Numbered from the stretch's first letter, positions 1 to 10,860 are shown. The stretch is DNA of 49,548 bases from Promethearchaeota archaeon (GCA_016839745.1 JAEOTS010000188.1:1-49548); one strand, 5' to 3'. Notes: a model not told the origin generated them from the sequence alone. Made by a program: numbers and translations.

Positions 1-339
1 ATAACTTCAAAAAGGCAAGATCTGGCAGTCCAAATTACAAAGATTTTAGGCATTTTTAAATACTTTGAATACATCATAGGGGAAAGCGAAAATGTAAAGA
101 GTAAGTTAGACCCTAACCTAAAAAAACATTTTCTAAAAAATTATAGCGAATATAACATTGTGATTATTGGGGATCATCCCAAAGATAGGGCTCTTGCTGA
201 AAACATAAATGCGCCATTTATAGGAGTATTAACAGGAAACCATTCTGCTGAAGAATTACGACGCGGAAACACAACGAAAACACTAATAATAAAAAGCGTT
301 AAAGAATTATTTCCAAACTTGATTTATTCTTTATTTTAA
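1..339 (+). CDS. HAD-superfamily hydrolase (phosphoglycolate phosphatase-like), 5'-truncated by window edge
   Basis: Manual frame +1 translation ITSKRQDLAVQITKILGIFKYFEYIIG...IVIIGDHPKDRALAEN...FIGVLTG...; HAD motif II (ITSK) and motif IV (GDxxxD); stop TAA 337-339. Confidence 0.85.
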   Translation: MTSKRQDLAVQITKILGIFKYFEYIIGESENVKSKLDPNLKKHFLKNYSEYNIVIIGDHPKDRALAENINAPFIGVLTGNHSAEELRRGNTTKTLIIKSVKELFPNLIYSLF

Positions 340-384
340 AAATAATCAGGTGAAAAATATAAAAAAAGTAAAAAATAAAATTAA

Positions 385-1839
385 CTACTCCTTCAAATCC
401 TCGTAAATTTTCATAAATTCTTCAGGTTTCCACTGTTCCTTCATGTATTTTCCAATTCCAGAACTATCCCGAGGACCCACTACTACATAGGCATCGGCTT
501 CGTCTTCTAAGGCTCCACTTAATCGTGCAGCCATACCTGGAATAATTAAAATGCGATGGTTCACCTTTTCAAACGCTCCAAATTCTTTTACCGCTTCCGC
601 GATTGCTCCTGCACTAAATTGACCTCCGGCTACAGCTGATTCAATACCAATGCCTTCTGAATCCACAACTAAAAGATATGCATTTAAATTTGCTCCTTTA
701 ATATCTATTTCTACAGGAATTTTGGTTAACCGGTAATTCGAAGTCACAAAAATAGCAGATTCTTTAGTTGGCTCTCCAATCTCATATAAACCAGGATCCG
801 TTGTAGGATAGATACGAGGATCGCTGAATACGCTCTGTCTTAAAGTCATAATTGCTAATAAAACCCATATATCTTCTTCCTCCTTACCACTATGGAGGAC
901 AATAAGACTTGTATCTATGGATTCCATGATCGCTGCCATAATAATCTCTTGGTATTGATGTTCCCAAAGCTTCTTTCCGTCATCAGTTTTCACTTGGCTC
1001 CAATATGCAGCGGGTAATCCCATAATAGGGAAGCTTGCGTTTGCGTCTTCCTTATCAATTGCAGCAATCCTCAATTGCATTATATTATCGTAAGTTAAAG
1101 CTAAATTTCCTGGACCAAAAACAGTCATAGCGTCTAAAACTATTTCCTTTACTCCAAGTTTCTGTAAAGAAGCACTTAATGACATCAATTCATCTAAGTC
1201 ATTTGAGACGGCTACGATAGGTAAATTATTTTGAACCGCAAATTTACCTACTTGTTCCCACGAATCTTTAGTTGCAGCATAAAGTAAAGGTTTATAATCT
1301 TTAATTTCAGCGGCAGCAGCGAGCAAGATATCTAAATTCATACATGCTAGCATTACGGGGAGATCTGATGCCTCTGTAAGTTTTTTTGCAGCAAGTTTAA
1401 ATTGTTCAGCATCACCTGATACACATCTCAATGTAATCCCGTTTACTCTTAACACATCTCCCATTCTTTCAATTACTAGATCTGTTAAGTATTTAGCTGT
1501 TTTTACCAGATCTGGATCATCATCTGCAATTTCCATGAATATTGCTGTTTCGTTATAATACGTAAGCTGATGGCGATTAAGAATTTCCTCGCCCCCAATT
1601 ATACATTGACGCTCACCAACTCCAATCACAACTGATTTTTGCGGAGGAGAAGCAAGAGCTATTAATTTTTCACGTTTTTTTGCTTGTTTTGGATCCTGCA
1701 TCAGGTGCGTGCAATCTTGGACTGTGACTTTCCGTTCGAGTAAATCTGTACCGAATGCCATACAAGTATCTCTACCACAGTCTTGACAATTACTTTTGTC
1801 TAAAAGAGCATAAATTTCTAATGGACTAGGTCTACCCAT
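385..1839 (-). CDS. cdhE: Corrinoid iron-sulfur protein large subunit (ACDS gamma subunit, AcsC/CdhE)
   Basis: N-terminal 4Fe-4S motif NCQDCGRDTCMAF...C, IGGEEILNRH, PLLYAAT, C-terminal corrinoid-binding region VTSNY..T, AVAGGQF, IIPGMAARLSG, VVGPRDSSGI. Confidence 0.92.
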   Translation of the reverse strand: MGRPSPLEIYALLDKSNCQDCGRDTCMAFGTDLLERKVTVQDCTHLMQDPKQAKKREKLIALASPPQKSVVIGVGERQCIIGGEEILNRHQLTYYNETAIFMEIADDDPDLVKTAKYLTDLVIERMGDVLRVNGITLRCVSGDAEQFKLAAKKLTEASDLPVMLACMNLDILLAAAAEIKDYKPLLYAATKDSWEQVGKFAVQNNLPIVAVSNDLDELMSLSASLQKLGVKEIVLDAMTVFGPGNLALTYDNIMQLRIAAIDKEDANASFPIMGLPAAYWSQVKTDDGKKLWEHQYQEIIMAAIMESIDTSLIVLHSGKEEEDIWVLLAIMTLRQSVFSDPRIYPTTDPGLYEIGEPTKESAIFVTSNYRLTKIPVEIDIKGANLNAYLLVVDSEGIGIESAVAGGQFSAGAIAEAVKEFGAFEKVNHRILIIPGMAARLSGALEDEADAYVVVGPRDSSGIGKYMKEQWKPEEFMKIYEDLKE

Positions 1840-2313
1840 TTTCCTTTCTCCAAAATTTTAAATTGTGCCTTTTTAAATAATTATTTATTATTTTTTTATA
1901 GTTAGTGTAGTCTGAATTTACATTAAAAATTTGTTTTTTTAAAAATCCACGCATTATTGTTTGAAAAATATAATTTTAAGATATTATTAATATAATGAGA
2001 GAATTTTCGAGAAGTTTGATTTTATAGAAAAAGAAAAAACTTTTGCGAAACAATTCAATGTTGAGCTCAAATCTTCTCGTAGTTCTCTCACTCAAGATAA
2101 GGTGAGATGATGAGACACTATAATTTTAATTAGAAAATATTTAAACTTCGAAATTTTTAATATTAAATTCGAGAGTCCTCAGTATCAGCTAGTTCCTCTT
2201 CTAAGTCATTTAGCTTTAAATGGTTACAAAACCTTTTTCTTTAAATATAGAAATCCTAAAAATAATCTATATATCTATTCTATAGGTAGAAATAAAATGT
2301 TAAGGCTCTTTAG

Positions 2314-3552
2314 ATGAATGTTAAAAAGATGTATGGAATTTTTTTCTTAGTCTATTTCACATTGGGAGTTTTTGAAGTGTATTTTGTTTTATACATTCCG
2401 TTGTTTTATTACGAAATTTTAGATGTTAATCGAAACAATTTAGCATTCATCCAATTCTTTGGGTACCTGTCGTTAATACTAACGCCTTTTTTTGCCTATA
2501 TTCTTGATGCTCATATAGAATCTGAACGAAATCATAAAACCTTTGTATTTCTTTGCGTCATTTTATTATGTTCGTGCTTCTCAATCTTTCTTGTTAATAA
2601 AAACATCCTATTATTGTATGGAATTTTTTTGGGCATCTATTTTCTTAGCAGGATGATTATTCGTACAATAATGAGCAAGATATTCCTTACACTAAGCGTG
2701 GAATCGAAAAAAATAAAACACCATATGATACTAATCGTAAACGGGGCAACAGGAGTTAGTTTCCTAATAGTATCGTTGGTTTTCGATTTTATTATTAAAG
2801 ATGTTTACTCTTTGCTGCAATGGGAATTGTTCTTCATGATTGGTTGGTTATTGACATTACCATTACTCTCTACAGTTTTGTTATTGAGAAATAACACTAT
2901 ATTCAAGAAAATAAACTTAAAAAACAAAAGTTTAGATACTAAAAACGAAGAAACAAATGAGAAATTCCAAACAGGGTTTTTAATATTTGGAGTTTTTCTA
3001 TTTATCAGTTTCTTTTTAGCCTCTTCAGATCTTATCTTTTTATCGTTAGTAAGTTCATGGGTTTTTAATAGATATAATGAGTCTTCGTTACGATTTTACT
3101 TTGCATTTTACTACGTAATCACGATATTTTCACTTCTTGGATATCTATTTGCTTCAAGAATCGCTAAAAAAAGAAGTAATATCCTTTTACTCTTTATTTT
3201 TTGTTGTTTCTATTTATTTTTCCTTGTTCTTTTACCGTTCTCAAATTTCCCAATGTTTTTAATGATTCAATGTGGTCTTGCGTTTGCAGGTTATATAGCC
3301 AATTATATGTTTGTATCTATTGCTCAAACTATTTCAGTGAACTCGCGATATAAAACTTTTGTGTATCAGATTTTGGTAATGTCCCAATCAATCGCAAATA
3401 TTGTTTTTATTCCTATAGGGACATCGTTATCTGCTTCTTTCAGTGTGGAAATATTAATTTCTCTTTCTTCAATCTTATTGGCTTTTTCTTGTGGAATTCA
3501 GTTAACTCTCGTATTGGTAAATAAAATCAAACAAATTAAAGAATTTAATTAA
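2314..3552 (+). CDS. MFS-type transporter (about 12 TM)
   Basis: 412 aa, two groups of ~6 hydrophobic segments separated by a charged central loop. Confidence 0.7.
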   Translation: MNVKKMYGIFFLVYFTLGVFEVYFVLYIPLFYYEILDVNRNNLAFIQFFGYLSLILTPFFAYILDAHIESERNHKTFVFLCVILLCSCFSIFLVNKNILLLYGIFLGIYFLSRMIIRTIMSKIFLTLSVESKKIKHHMILIVNGATGVSFLIVSLVFDFIIKDVYSLLQWELFFMIGWLLTLPLLSTVLLLRNNTIFKKINLKNKSLDTKNEETNEKFQTGFLIFGVFLFISFFLASSDLIFLSLVSSWVFNRYNESSLRFYFAFYYVITIFSLLGYLFASRIAKKRSNILLLFIFCCFYLFFLVLLPFSNFPMFLMIQCGLAFAGYIANYMFVSIAQTISVNSRYKTFVYQILVMSQSIANIVFIPIGTSLSASFSVEILISLSSILLAFSCGIQLTLVLVNKIKQIKEFN

Positions 3553-3700
3553 TAGTTTTTTTCCTATCCTGAGTATTTTACTTGATTTAATTGGTTTAAT
3601 TAACTAAATTACAAATTCCTTTACTATTAGATAACCTGATCAAAGACCAAACATTACCAGATATCTCGCATCATACTCACAAAAAAAGAGAAAAAATATG

Positions 3701-3745
3701 GTTTTCCCGCTTAGAGCTATGTGATAACTCTAAATGCGGGAGAAC
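3701..3745. other. GC-rich intergenic stem-loop
   Basis: GTTTTCCCGC(3701-3710)/GCGGGAGAAC(3736-3745) plus TTAGAG(3711-3716)/CTCTAA(3728-3733). Confidence 0.6.
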
Positions 3746-4049
3746 AATTTAAGGTATAATTCCTGAATTTGGCATTAACATCTTACCTCAACAAATTTAT
3801 TGTGAAATGAAACTTATGATGACTTAAATCGCTCTTAATATTACTTGCGATTCTTTAGAACCTTTCTGTATCAACAATATTTCATAACCTTTCTATTTAA
3901 ACTTAAAGAAAAGAAAGTGGGACATACGAGTAGTTTAAATAGTTTAAAAAAAAGTAAGAAAGCATTAAATTTGAAAATTAGCGACATAAAAAAATATATA
4001 AGTGGTAATACCAAATAAATTTATAATTCTAAATTTCTAAAGAGATTAG

Positions 4050-7000
4050 ATGAGAAAGCTAAATATTGATTTATTAATCAATACTCCAGTAGAAAGATTG
4101 GCAGAAAATCTAGATTCATTTTTTAATGATTTACTTCAAGAAATTGAATTATATCTCAATTTAGAACCAATTGATTATAGAATTGATATTTCCATTAAGG
4201 ATGAAGAAAAGGTTGATTCTAAATTACAAACAGATATTTTTTCTGTTGGAGTGGATAGATTTTATGACAATAAAGTGTTAAATATTCATATTTACCGTAA
4301 TTTCTATAGATTTATCCCAATTATTTTGCTGAGGGAGGCATATAAATGTTTTGTTCCATTACAAGCCTCTCAAATGAAATTCATTGATATTTTCATTAAT
4401 CAAAAAGTCGTCATCGACCTCGAAAAACTAAAGTCTATTAAAGAATGGAACTTGCTAATAGGAAGCAAACTAGTTGATTACGAGTTCCTCTCAGGGGAGT
4501 TAAATCGCCTAGAAATTTTTTTAAAACAAGAATCAAGTTCTGAAAAAGTTGATAGCCCATTTATATATTTCTTTAAGTATATTCGAAGAAATATCCAAAT
4601 CATTAGTGAAAAAGAACAAGATTTCTATCTTATTTTTTTCAAAGAATACCTATTATTATCATCAAAATCGCTGTTTAATGATGAAATTATTGAAACAATA
4701 AGAGTTCTCGTTAAAATCTTCGACGAAGTTCAATACTATACGGCGTTATTGGACTATCAACATTATTTTAAAGAATTCAAAGAACAGGGGCTCATTCAAA
4801 CCCCTCTAAGTCTAAATAAATTTACAGAAAACATGCAATGGATTAAACAATTTAGTACTTTATCGCCTAGTTATAGAGTAAACTGGCCAGCATTAAATAT
4901 TCTCTCGAATAATTGCTACATAAAATTCAATCCAGTTATAAAAAGATCAGAAATACACCAAGTTATTAACGAGTTGCCTTTTTTTGTTGTCCTTAAGGAA
5001 TGTAGAAATAGTTTCGCGTATGAAATAGATGGTTTTTTCGTTATTCCAAATCAATATCTTGCTGACTTACAAAATTTCTTAAGGAAATTAGAAGATAATG
5101 GATATATCCTTCAAATAAAATTTATGAATTTTGAAAAAGCTGAATCCTTTGTTAACTTAAATTATTTTCGTGAATATCATAATAAAAAAACCATAGTTAA
5201 TAATGAAAATGCATTATATGAAAAAAAATACGAATTAGTAAATTCAATGGATTATGGACAAGAAGTATATGGATCGAAATTAACGCTTCTTGATTGGTTA
5301 ATAATTGACAGAATCCGTTATTATTCCCAATATGGATTTAATTTCGAAAGAAAAGCGGGATCTCTTAAAGTATTGAAGTCAGACCTTATTAACGAGGTTA
5401 TTAGTCAAAGGAAATTTATCACAAACTTAAAGTCTAATCTGTTAATTATTCAATCATCACCAAAACTGAGAGATCTATTTTTAGAATTCTTAAAAACAAA
5501 TGAATCGTTTGGATTTTTTTACATAAAAAATATGCTCTCTAAATATATCATTATATTTGATTTAATTAAAGATATCCTATCAAACAATCCTTTCATCAAG
5601 AGTGTTTTCGAATTTCTTGAATATATTAAAAGACATGGTGTCTCCTCTTCCATTGAAAGAAATATTACTTTTAATAATTCGTTGATTAGAAGGACGATAT
5701 TTAAAGAATTCCTCCCAATTTATTTTAAGTCAAAAGAGAGTTTTGAAAAAGAAATAAACAAATTTAACAATTTTTTTAAAATCTTTAGCACTTGTTACGA
5801 CTTGAAGATTTTTAACTTACAATCTATTCGAATGATTGTACAAAATAAATCCTTGCTAAACACCATTTTTAAATCAAAGGAAAAAAAATTAAAAAGTTCG
5901 TACGAAAGCTACGCAATATCTGATATAACATATCAGTTGGTTGAAGAAAAGCTAGATAATTTCTTGAATAACATTCCACCTGTAATTAAACCTAATTTAT
6001 TGTTTAGTATCCAACCCTCTATGACCCTTTTTTTTGTATTATTACTAAAAAACAATGCAGAAACTGTTGAAAAACTGAAGTATGTTTCATATATTGCAAA
6101 AAGAAGGGCGATCGGTCATAATGATATATTGTACGCAGGTTTGTTTCTCCCATATTTAAATAGCGAAGAAAAAAGCATACTTATTTCAATATTCAAAAAC
6201 ATTTTTGAAGATAATTTAATAAGCGTTAAAAGATACGGGTGGAGCGGCCTTCAAAAATCTTTTTCACGAAAAGATTTTTACGATTTAGAACAAAAAGAAT
6301 TTTTTTACACTAAAGATATTTTTGAACAGTATTTTTTGAATGTCAGAGGTATTCTTGGTGAAGTACAAAAACCACTCTTAGAAGCAAAAACTATTCACCA
6401 AAATATATTTTGGTCAGAAGAAAATGAGCTATCTTATCTTGTTAAATCTGTTGAGGATCGCATCAGAGGTGAAAGTGTAGATTTAAGTGTAGATAAATTA
6501 CATAATCTTTTCGAATTTCATCGTAAGTTAAATGAATCCTTATTAGATCTTAGGGAGTTTAAAAAATCCCAAGAAAAATTCTTCTTTAAAAATTTTATTA
6601 AATCAATCGATTTTATACCCTCGTTTCAGAGTTTTGGTATGAGTCAGTATTTTTTGTATATATATCCCACAGATATCAATCAAATTGATTTTAAACTTTT
6701 AATGAACAACTCGTTCCAATCGGTTAGTTTTCCCGCCCAGTTTGATAACTCGAATTCTTTAATATTACAATACATTTCTCCATATCGCAACCCTGGCATA
6801 TCTTCGTATTTAAATTGGTTAACCAAATCGAAAAAAATCATTAGAGAATATTGTTTATTTTTCATTAAGAAGTTCTATCAAATTCTGCATTTTGATCACA
6901 ATCTGAGCACTGAAGGTTGGGATCTTTACCCAAATCGGTTTAAGGTATATTTCCAAAATATTTTGTTTAATCCTGATTATAAAATCCAAATTCCTGATTT

Positions 7001-7670
7001 AAAAGAGTTCAATGTTGGTGATTTAAACATTTCAAATTATTTCGGACCCACTTCCTCTGAATTTAAAGCGCTATCTCAGATTTATAACTGGAAACCATTA
7101 GATATAAAATCTTACTTAACAAAACGCTATTTTAAAATAAATAGTAGTATAACTGAATTATTAAAAAAGAGTTTGATTTTACCTTATATATCTTTAAAGA
7201 ATTTAGATATAATTGAAGAATATACCATAATTTTACCAAATGTTAAAAAAGAATTAAACCAGACAATACTTAAGATTTTTAACTTTTTTAACATAGGATT
7301 CATTTATGAAATGGAAGGAGAGTATTACATTCATGGATTTGATGAGGTAGTAAAATTTGAAAAAGGTTTCGTGATTAAATTATATTTTCCCGATTGCCAA
7401 TTCGACGAGTTTGAGAAACTTTTCGACTTAATATTTGAATACATGGAATTGGATTACTATTTAATTTTGCACGATTTAACCAATGGTAAAGATTTAATTA
7501 ATTCCACTTTTCAAGGTTTGAAATTTTTGGAGTCCTATAACCCTTTAACCAACCTAATTTGGAACGACAAGGATAAGAGATGGCGGAATCACAAATTATT
7601 TAACGAGAATTTTGAACCAGTTTATCCAGATTTGTTCTATGGAAAAAAGAATGACGATTTAGAGTCATAA
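4050..7670 (+). CDS. Large hypothetical protein, possibly with degenerate Lrp/AsnC-like modules
   Basis: 1206-aa soluble ORF; no clear catalytic motif; repeated P-x-F/W-xx-hydrophobic-G/N segments. Confidence 0.6.
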   Translation: MRKLNIDLLINTPVERLAENLDSFFNDLLQEIELYLNLEPIDYRIDISIKDEEKVDSKLQTDIFSVGVDRFYDNKVLNIHIYRNFYRFIPIILLREAYKCFVPLQASQMKFIDIFINQKVVIDLEKLKSIKEWNLLIGSKLVDYEFLSGELNRLEIFLKQESSSEKVDSPFIYFFKYIRRNIQIISEKEQDFYLIFFKEYLLLSSKSLFNDEIIETIRVLVKIFDEVQYYTALLDYQHYFKEFKEQGLIQTPLSLNKFTENMQWIKQFSTLSPSYRVNWPALNILSNNCYIKFNPVIKRSEIHQVINELPFFVVLKECRNSFAYEIDGFFVIPNQYLADLQNFLRKLEDNGYILQIKFMNFEKAESFVNLNYFREYHNKKTIVNNENALYEKKYELVNSMDYGQEVYGSKLTLLDWLIIDRIRYYSQYGFNFERKAGSLKVLKSDLINEVISQRKFITNLKSNLLIIQSSPKLRDLFLEFLKTNESFGFFYIKNMLSKYIIIFDLIKDILSNNPFIKSVFEFLEYIKRHGVSSSIERNITFNNSLIRRTIFKEFLPIYFKSKESFEKEINKFNNFFKIFSTCYDLKIFNLQSIRMIVQNKSLLNTIFKSKEKKLKSSYESYAISDITYQLVEEKLDNFLNNIPPVIKPNLLFSIQPSMTLFFVLLLKNNAETVEKLKYVSYIAKRRAIGHNDILYAGLFLPYLNSEEKSILISIFKNIFEDNLISVKRYGWSGLQKSFSRKDFYDLEQKEFFYTKDIFEQYFLNVRGILGEVQKPLLEAKTIHQNIFWSEENELSYLVKSVEDRIRGESVDLSVDKLHNLFEFHRKLNESLLDLREFKKSQEKFFFKNFIKSIDFIPSFQSFGMSQYFLYIYPTDINQIDFKLLMNNSFQSVSFPAQFDNSNSLILQYISPYRNPGISSYLNWLTKSKKIIREYCLFFIKKFYQILHFDHNLSTEGWDLYPNRFKVYFQNILFNPDYKIQIPDLKEFNVGDLNISNYFGPTSSEFKALSQIYNWKPLDIKSYLTKRYFKINSSITELLKKSLILPYISLKNLDIIEEYTIILPNVKKELNQTILKIFNFFNIGFIYEMEGEYYIHGFDEVVKFEKGFVIKLYFPDCQFDEFEKLFDLIFEYMELDYYLILHDLTNGKDLINSTFQGLKFLESYNPLTNLIWNDKDKRWRNHKLFNENFEPVYPDLFYGKKNDDLES

Positions 7671-7782
7671 TTTTCATTGTTAATATTGGGTTTTGTTCTT
7701 AAACACTGAGACCAACTTATAAAGGGCAATAAAATCTAAAATATCAGAAAAAATAAATCTGGTGCTATTTTTTCATACATGA

Positions 7783-9237
7783 ATGCCAGTCAAAGATTTC
7801 GATTTTGAAAAGTTCGAAACCTTGTTTCATCCAATCAATATCGCTTTTATAGGAGCTAGCGAAAAATCTGCTTTTGGGGCTATGTTATATTTATCAGCGT
7901 TTAAAACTTCGAAATGGAAAGACACATTCTTCCCTGTAAATCCAAAATATGATAAAGTCCTTGATTGGAAATGCTATAAATCAGTCTTAAATATTCCGCA
8001 TCATATAGATACTGCTTATATTTCTGTTAAAACTAAATTTATTCCCCAAAGTTTAAAAGAGTGTGTAGAGAAGGATGTTCCATGGGTAATAATTTTCTCA
8101 TCTGGTTTTTCTGAAACGGGGGATCTAGCGGGTTTAAAGTTAGAAAAAGAATTAAAGCAAATCATATTAAAATCCAATACGAGAGTTATAGGTCCGAATT
8201 GTTTAGGACCATTCAACGCAGCTGAAGGTATGGCATTTTCGTTCGGCGCAAAAAAGAATACTCCTGGGCAAGTTTCATTCATGTCTCAATCTGGGGGGCA
8301 TATGAGCCAGTTATTAGATGTAGGGTATAAAAGAGATATAAGGTTTAGGTACGGGGTGTCATTTGGTAATCAAATAGACTTGAATTGCAATGACTTTCTG
8401 AAACATTATCACAGAGATTCCACAACTCAAGCAATCGCCGCTTATTTAGAGTCATTCGGTTCTGCTACGGGCCACGAATTCTTTATAGAGTTGAAAAAAA
8501 CTACAAAAAGCAAACCAGTTATTATTTGGAAAGGAGGTTATACTGACGATGGCTCGAGAGCAGCGTTTTCCCACACTGGTGCCATAGCAAGTGATTTAAG
8601 GTTGTGGCATTCAATGGCGAAGCAAACCGGTGCAATTATAGTTAAAGATAACGAAGAATTTTGGAATACTATTAAAACTTTTGAATTATTATTTCCAAAA
8701 TATGTCCCTCAAGGTAGAAATGTAGGAATTATAACCCCGGGGGGAGGATCCAGTGTTAACACAACAGATTTATTTGGTCTTCATAATTTAAAAATACCGG
8801 AATTAACTTTAAATTCACAAAAGAAAATTAGTGAAATACTTCCATATGAAAATGTAAATGTGAAGAATCCTGTGGATTTAGGCGCACTTGGTTTTATCTT
8901 AGATGTATTTGCTAAGTGTATTGAAGTTGTAGTTGCTGATCCTAACATTGATATAATCGTGATTCCTTTATGGCCACATTTTATCTATACTCATGTATTT
9001 AAACGCATGATAGAAATCCAGAAATCAACAAAGAAACCATTTATGTTTTGTTTACCTAGCATTGCCGACTCTTCCGAACTTGCGCAACGCTTTTCAACAG
9101 TTAAAAAAATACTTCATGAAGAACGAGTGCTCTACTTTCTATCGTTAAGAGACGCTGCAAAAAGCTTATCACTTTATTGTGATTACATTGAATTCTTAAA
9201 ATCACACAATAATGAAAATTTATATAAAGAAGAATAA
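7783..9237 (+). CDS. Acyl-CoA synthetase (NDP-forming) alpha subunit / CoA-binding protein
   Basis: IAFIGAS, PVNP, SSGFSE, RVIGPNCLG, SQSGG, GVSFGNQIDL, phospho-His motif AFSHTGAI, NPVDL; no ATP-grasp beta domain. Confidence 0.88.
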   Translation: MPVKDFDFEKFETLFHPINIAFIGASEKSAFGAMLYLSAFKTSKWKDTFFPVNPKYDKVLDWKCYKSVLNIPHHIDTAYISVKTKFIPQSLKECVEKDVPWVIIFSSGFSETGDLAGLKLEKELKQIILKSNTRVIGPNCLGPFNAAEGMAFSFGAKKNTPGQVSFMSQSGGHMSQLLDVGYKRDIRFRYGVSFGNQIDLNCNDFLKHYHRDSTTQAIAAYLESFGSATGHEFFIELKKTTKSKPVIIWKGGYTDDGSRAAFSHTGAIASDLRLWHSMAKQTGAIIVKDNEEFWNTIKTFELLFPKYVPQGRNVGIITPGGGSSVNTTDLFGLHNLKIPELTLNSQKKISEILPYENVNVKNPVDLGALGFILDVFAKCIEVVVADPNIDIIVIPLWPHFIYTHVFKRMIEIQKSTKKPFMFCLPSIADSSELAQRFSTVKKILHEERVLYFLSLRDAAKSLSLYCDYIEFLKSHNNENLYKEE

Positions 9238-9242
9238 TAGGA

Positions 9243-9524
9243 TTACTTTTTTTTCATCATTTCTCTTAAGTAGAGTTTCATAAAATATCGTTCAATAGTA
9301 CAATAATCTAACTTTTGATTATTAGTTAACTCTTTATTGTTAGATAAAAAGAAGTGGATATTGATGATCTTATCATAAAACTTTGTTAGTTTATTGTCAA
9401 AATTTGTATTTGTAAAACTGTTAATATCTAATTTTTCAAAAACGGGCTCACGAGAGAAATCATAAACTTCCGTTCCTTCTAATATTTCCATAGTATAGTT
9501 TATATCCGCTTTTCCTGAACTCAA
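9243..9524 (-). CDS. Hypothetical protein
   Basis: 93-aa ORF, TTG start, no overlap with neighbours. Confidence 0.55.
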   Translation of the reverse strand: MSSGKADINYTMEILEGTEVYDFSREPVFEKLDINSFTNTNFDNKLTKFYDKIINIHFFLSNNKELTNNQKLDYCTIERYFMKLYLREMMKKK

Positions 9525-9827
9525 TTTTTAACACTTAGATTTATAAATTTATTTAATTAAACCCCTTGTTTTTGAAACTGAAGTGCTGTTTCTAATTTTG
9601 TCGGTAATCTGCTATAATGCCTACTAAATTGTCTATTTTTGAGGGTAATTAGGGCTATAATCTCAATTTTGCATATACTATTGTTTTTCTAATATTAAAT
9701 TAAGAGCTAACGATATATTAATGGATTAATAATGCAGAACTAAAATCTAAAATAACAGCAAATTATTAGATAAATAAAGTTAAATTGAATAACGTCCAAA
9801 AACATCTTTAAGAATGGTTGATTTTGT

Positions 9828-10856
9828 ATGGGATTTATAGCTGGACTTAAGGGCGTATTTAAAAAACCATTATACATTTTTATTATAAGCTCATTTATTC
9901 TAACTTGGATTCTGATTATTTCTTTTAAATTCTTACCCAGTGAAGTGTTAGGCTTATCAATATTAATATTTGGAGGAAGTTTATTATATTTTGTCATAAT
10001 TTTATTTCTCATCTCCTTCTTTAAACAAATTGAAGAAATGAACAAGTGGTTCTTCGTTATCATTTATGTGGTTTCGATAATTTTAACATTTATTTTAAAT
10101 CGCTCTATTTTTTTCCCCACCTCTGAATTATATTTTATTATTCCCCTTACCATTAATCAATTTTTTACAGCTTTCTTTGCATTTAAAATATGCATGGATT
10201 CATCTACAAAGATAGATGATTTTCTCTATAAAAAGGAGAAGTCTCGGATAATAACTCGAATACTTGAATTTTGCCTTTTTGGTTTTTTAAATTTGTGGAT
10301 AATTAGAATTACAGTAATTTTCTTCAGTTTTACACCAACAATATTGCTCCTTATTGTGATAAGAATGCTTCAAATAATGTTTTGGGTAAATGTAAGTTTA
10401 TTAGGGATTGTTTTTATTCGTTTAATTATAACAAAGAAGTTTTCAGCATACATAACTCTGTTTTTCCTGCTCACTCTTTTTTACGCTTTATACATACTTT
10501 TTGATTATTTATATGGAATCTTTTTCAGCACTGAATCAGGTGATCCTATATATGCCATTACTTCATTTCTCATTGATGCTTTACTATTTTTATATATCTT
10601 GGGTACGGTTTATAGTAGAGTTGATTACATCCAAACCAAGCTAAAAATCCTTAAAGTAGATACTATAGCATTATTTCTTATAATAATGAAAATATATGTT
10701 CAGGTTTCAAAAATTGTTCCAAAAATTGTTGCAGAAGAGATGCAAATCCTACAAGCAGGAGGACTATTTGCTATCTTTGTTTTCTTCACTCTACTCTTTG
10801 GAATATATTCGATTATCGCTCATAAACATAAAAAGAAAAAAAAAGCAGGAAGTTAA
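9828..10856 (+). CDS. Polytopic membrane protein, unknown function
   Basis: 342 aa, ~10 hydrophobic segments, basic C-terminal tail. Confidence 0.7.
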   Translation: MGFIAGLKGVFKKPLYIFIISSFILTWILIISFKFLPSEVLGLSILIFGGSLLYFVIILFLISFFKQIEEMNKWFFVIIYVVSIILTFILNRSIFFPTSELYFIIPLTINQFFTAFFAFKICMDSSTKIDDFLYKKEKSRIITRILEFCLFGFLNLWIIRITVIFFSFTPTILLLIVIRMLQIMFWVNVSLLGIVFIRLIITKKFSAYITLFFLLTLFYALYILFDYLYGIFFSTESGDPIYAITSFLIDALLFLYILGTVYSRVDYIQTKLKILKVDTIALFLIIMKIYVQVSKIVPKIVAEEMQILQAGGLFAIFVFFTLLFGIYSIIAHKHKKKKKAGS

Positions 10857-10860
10857 TCAC

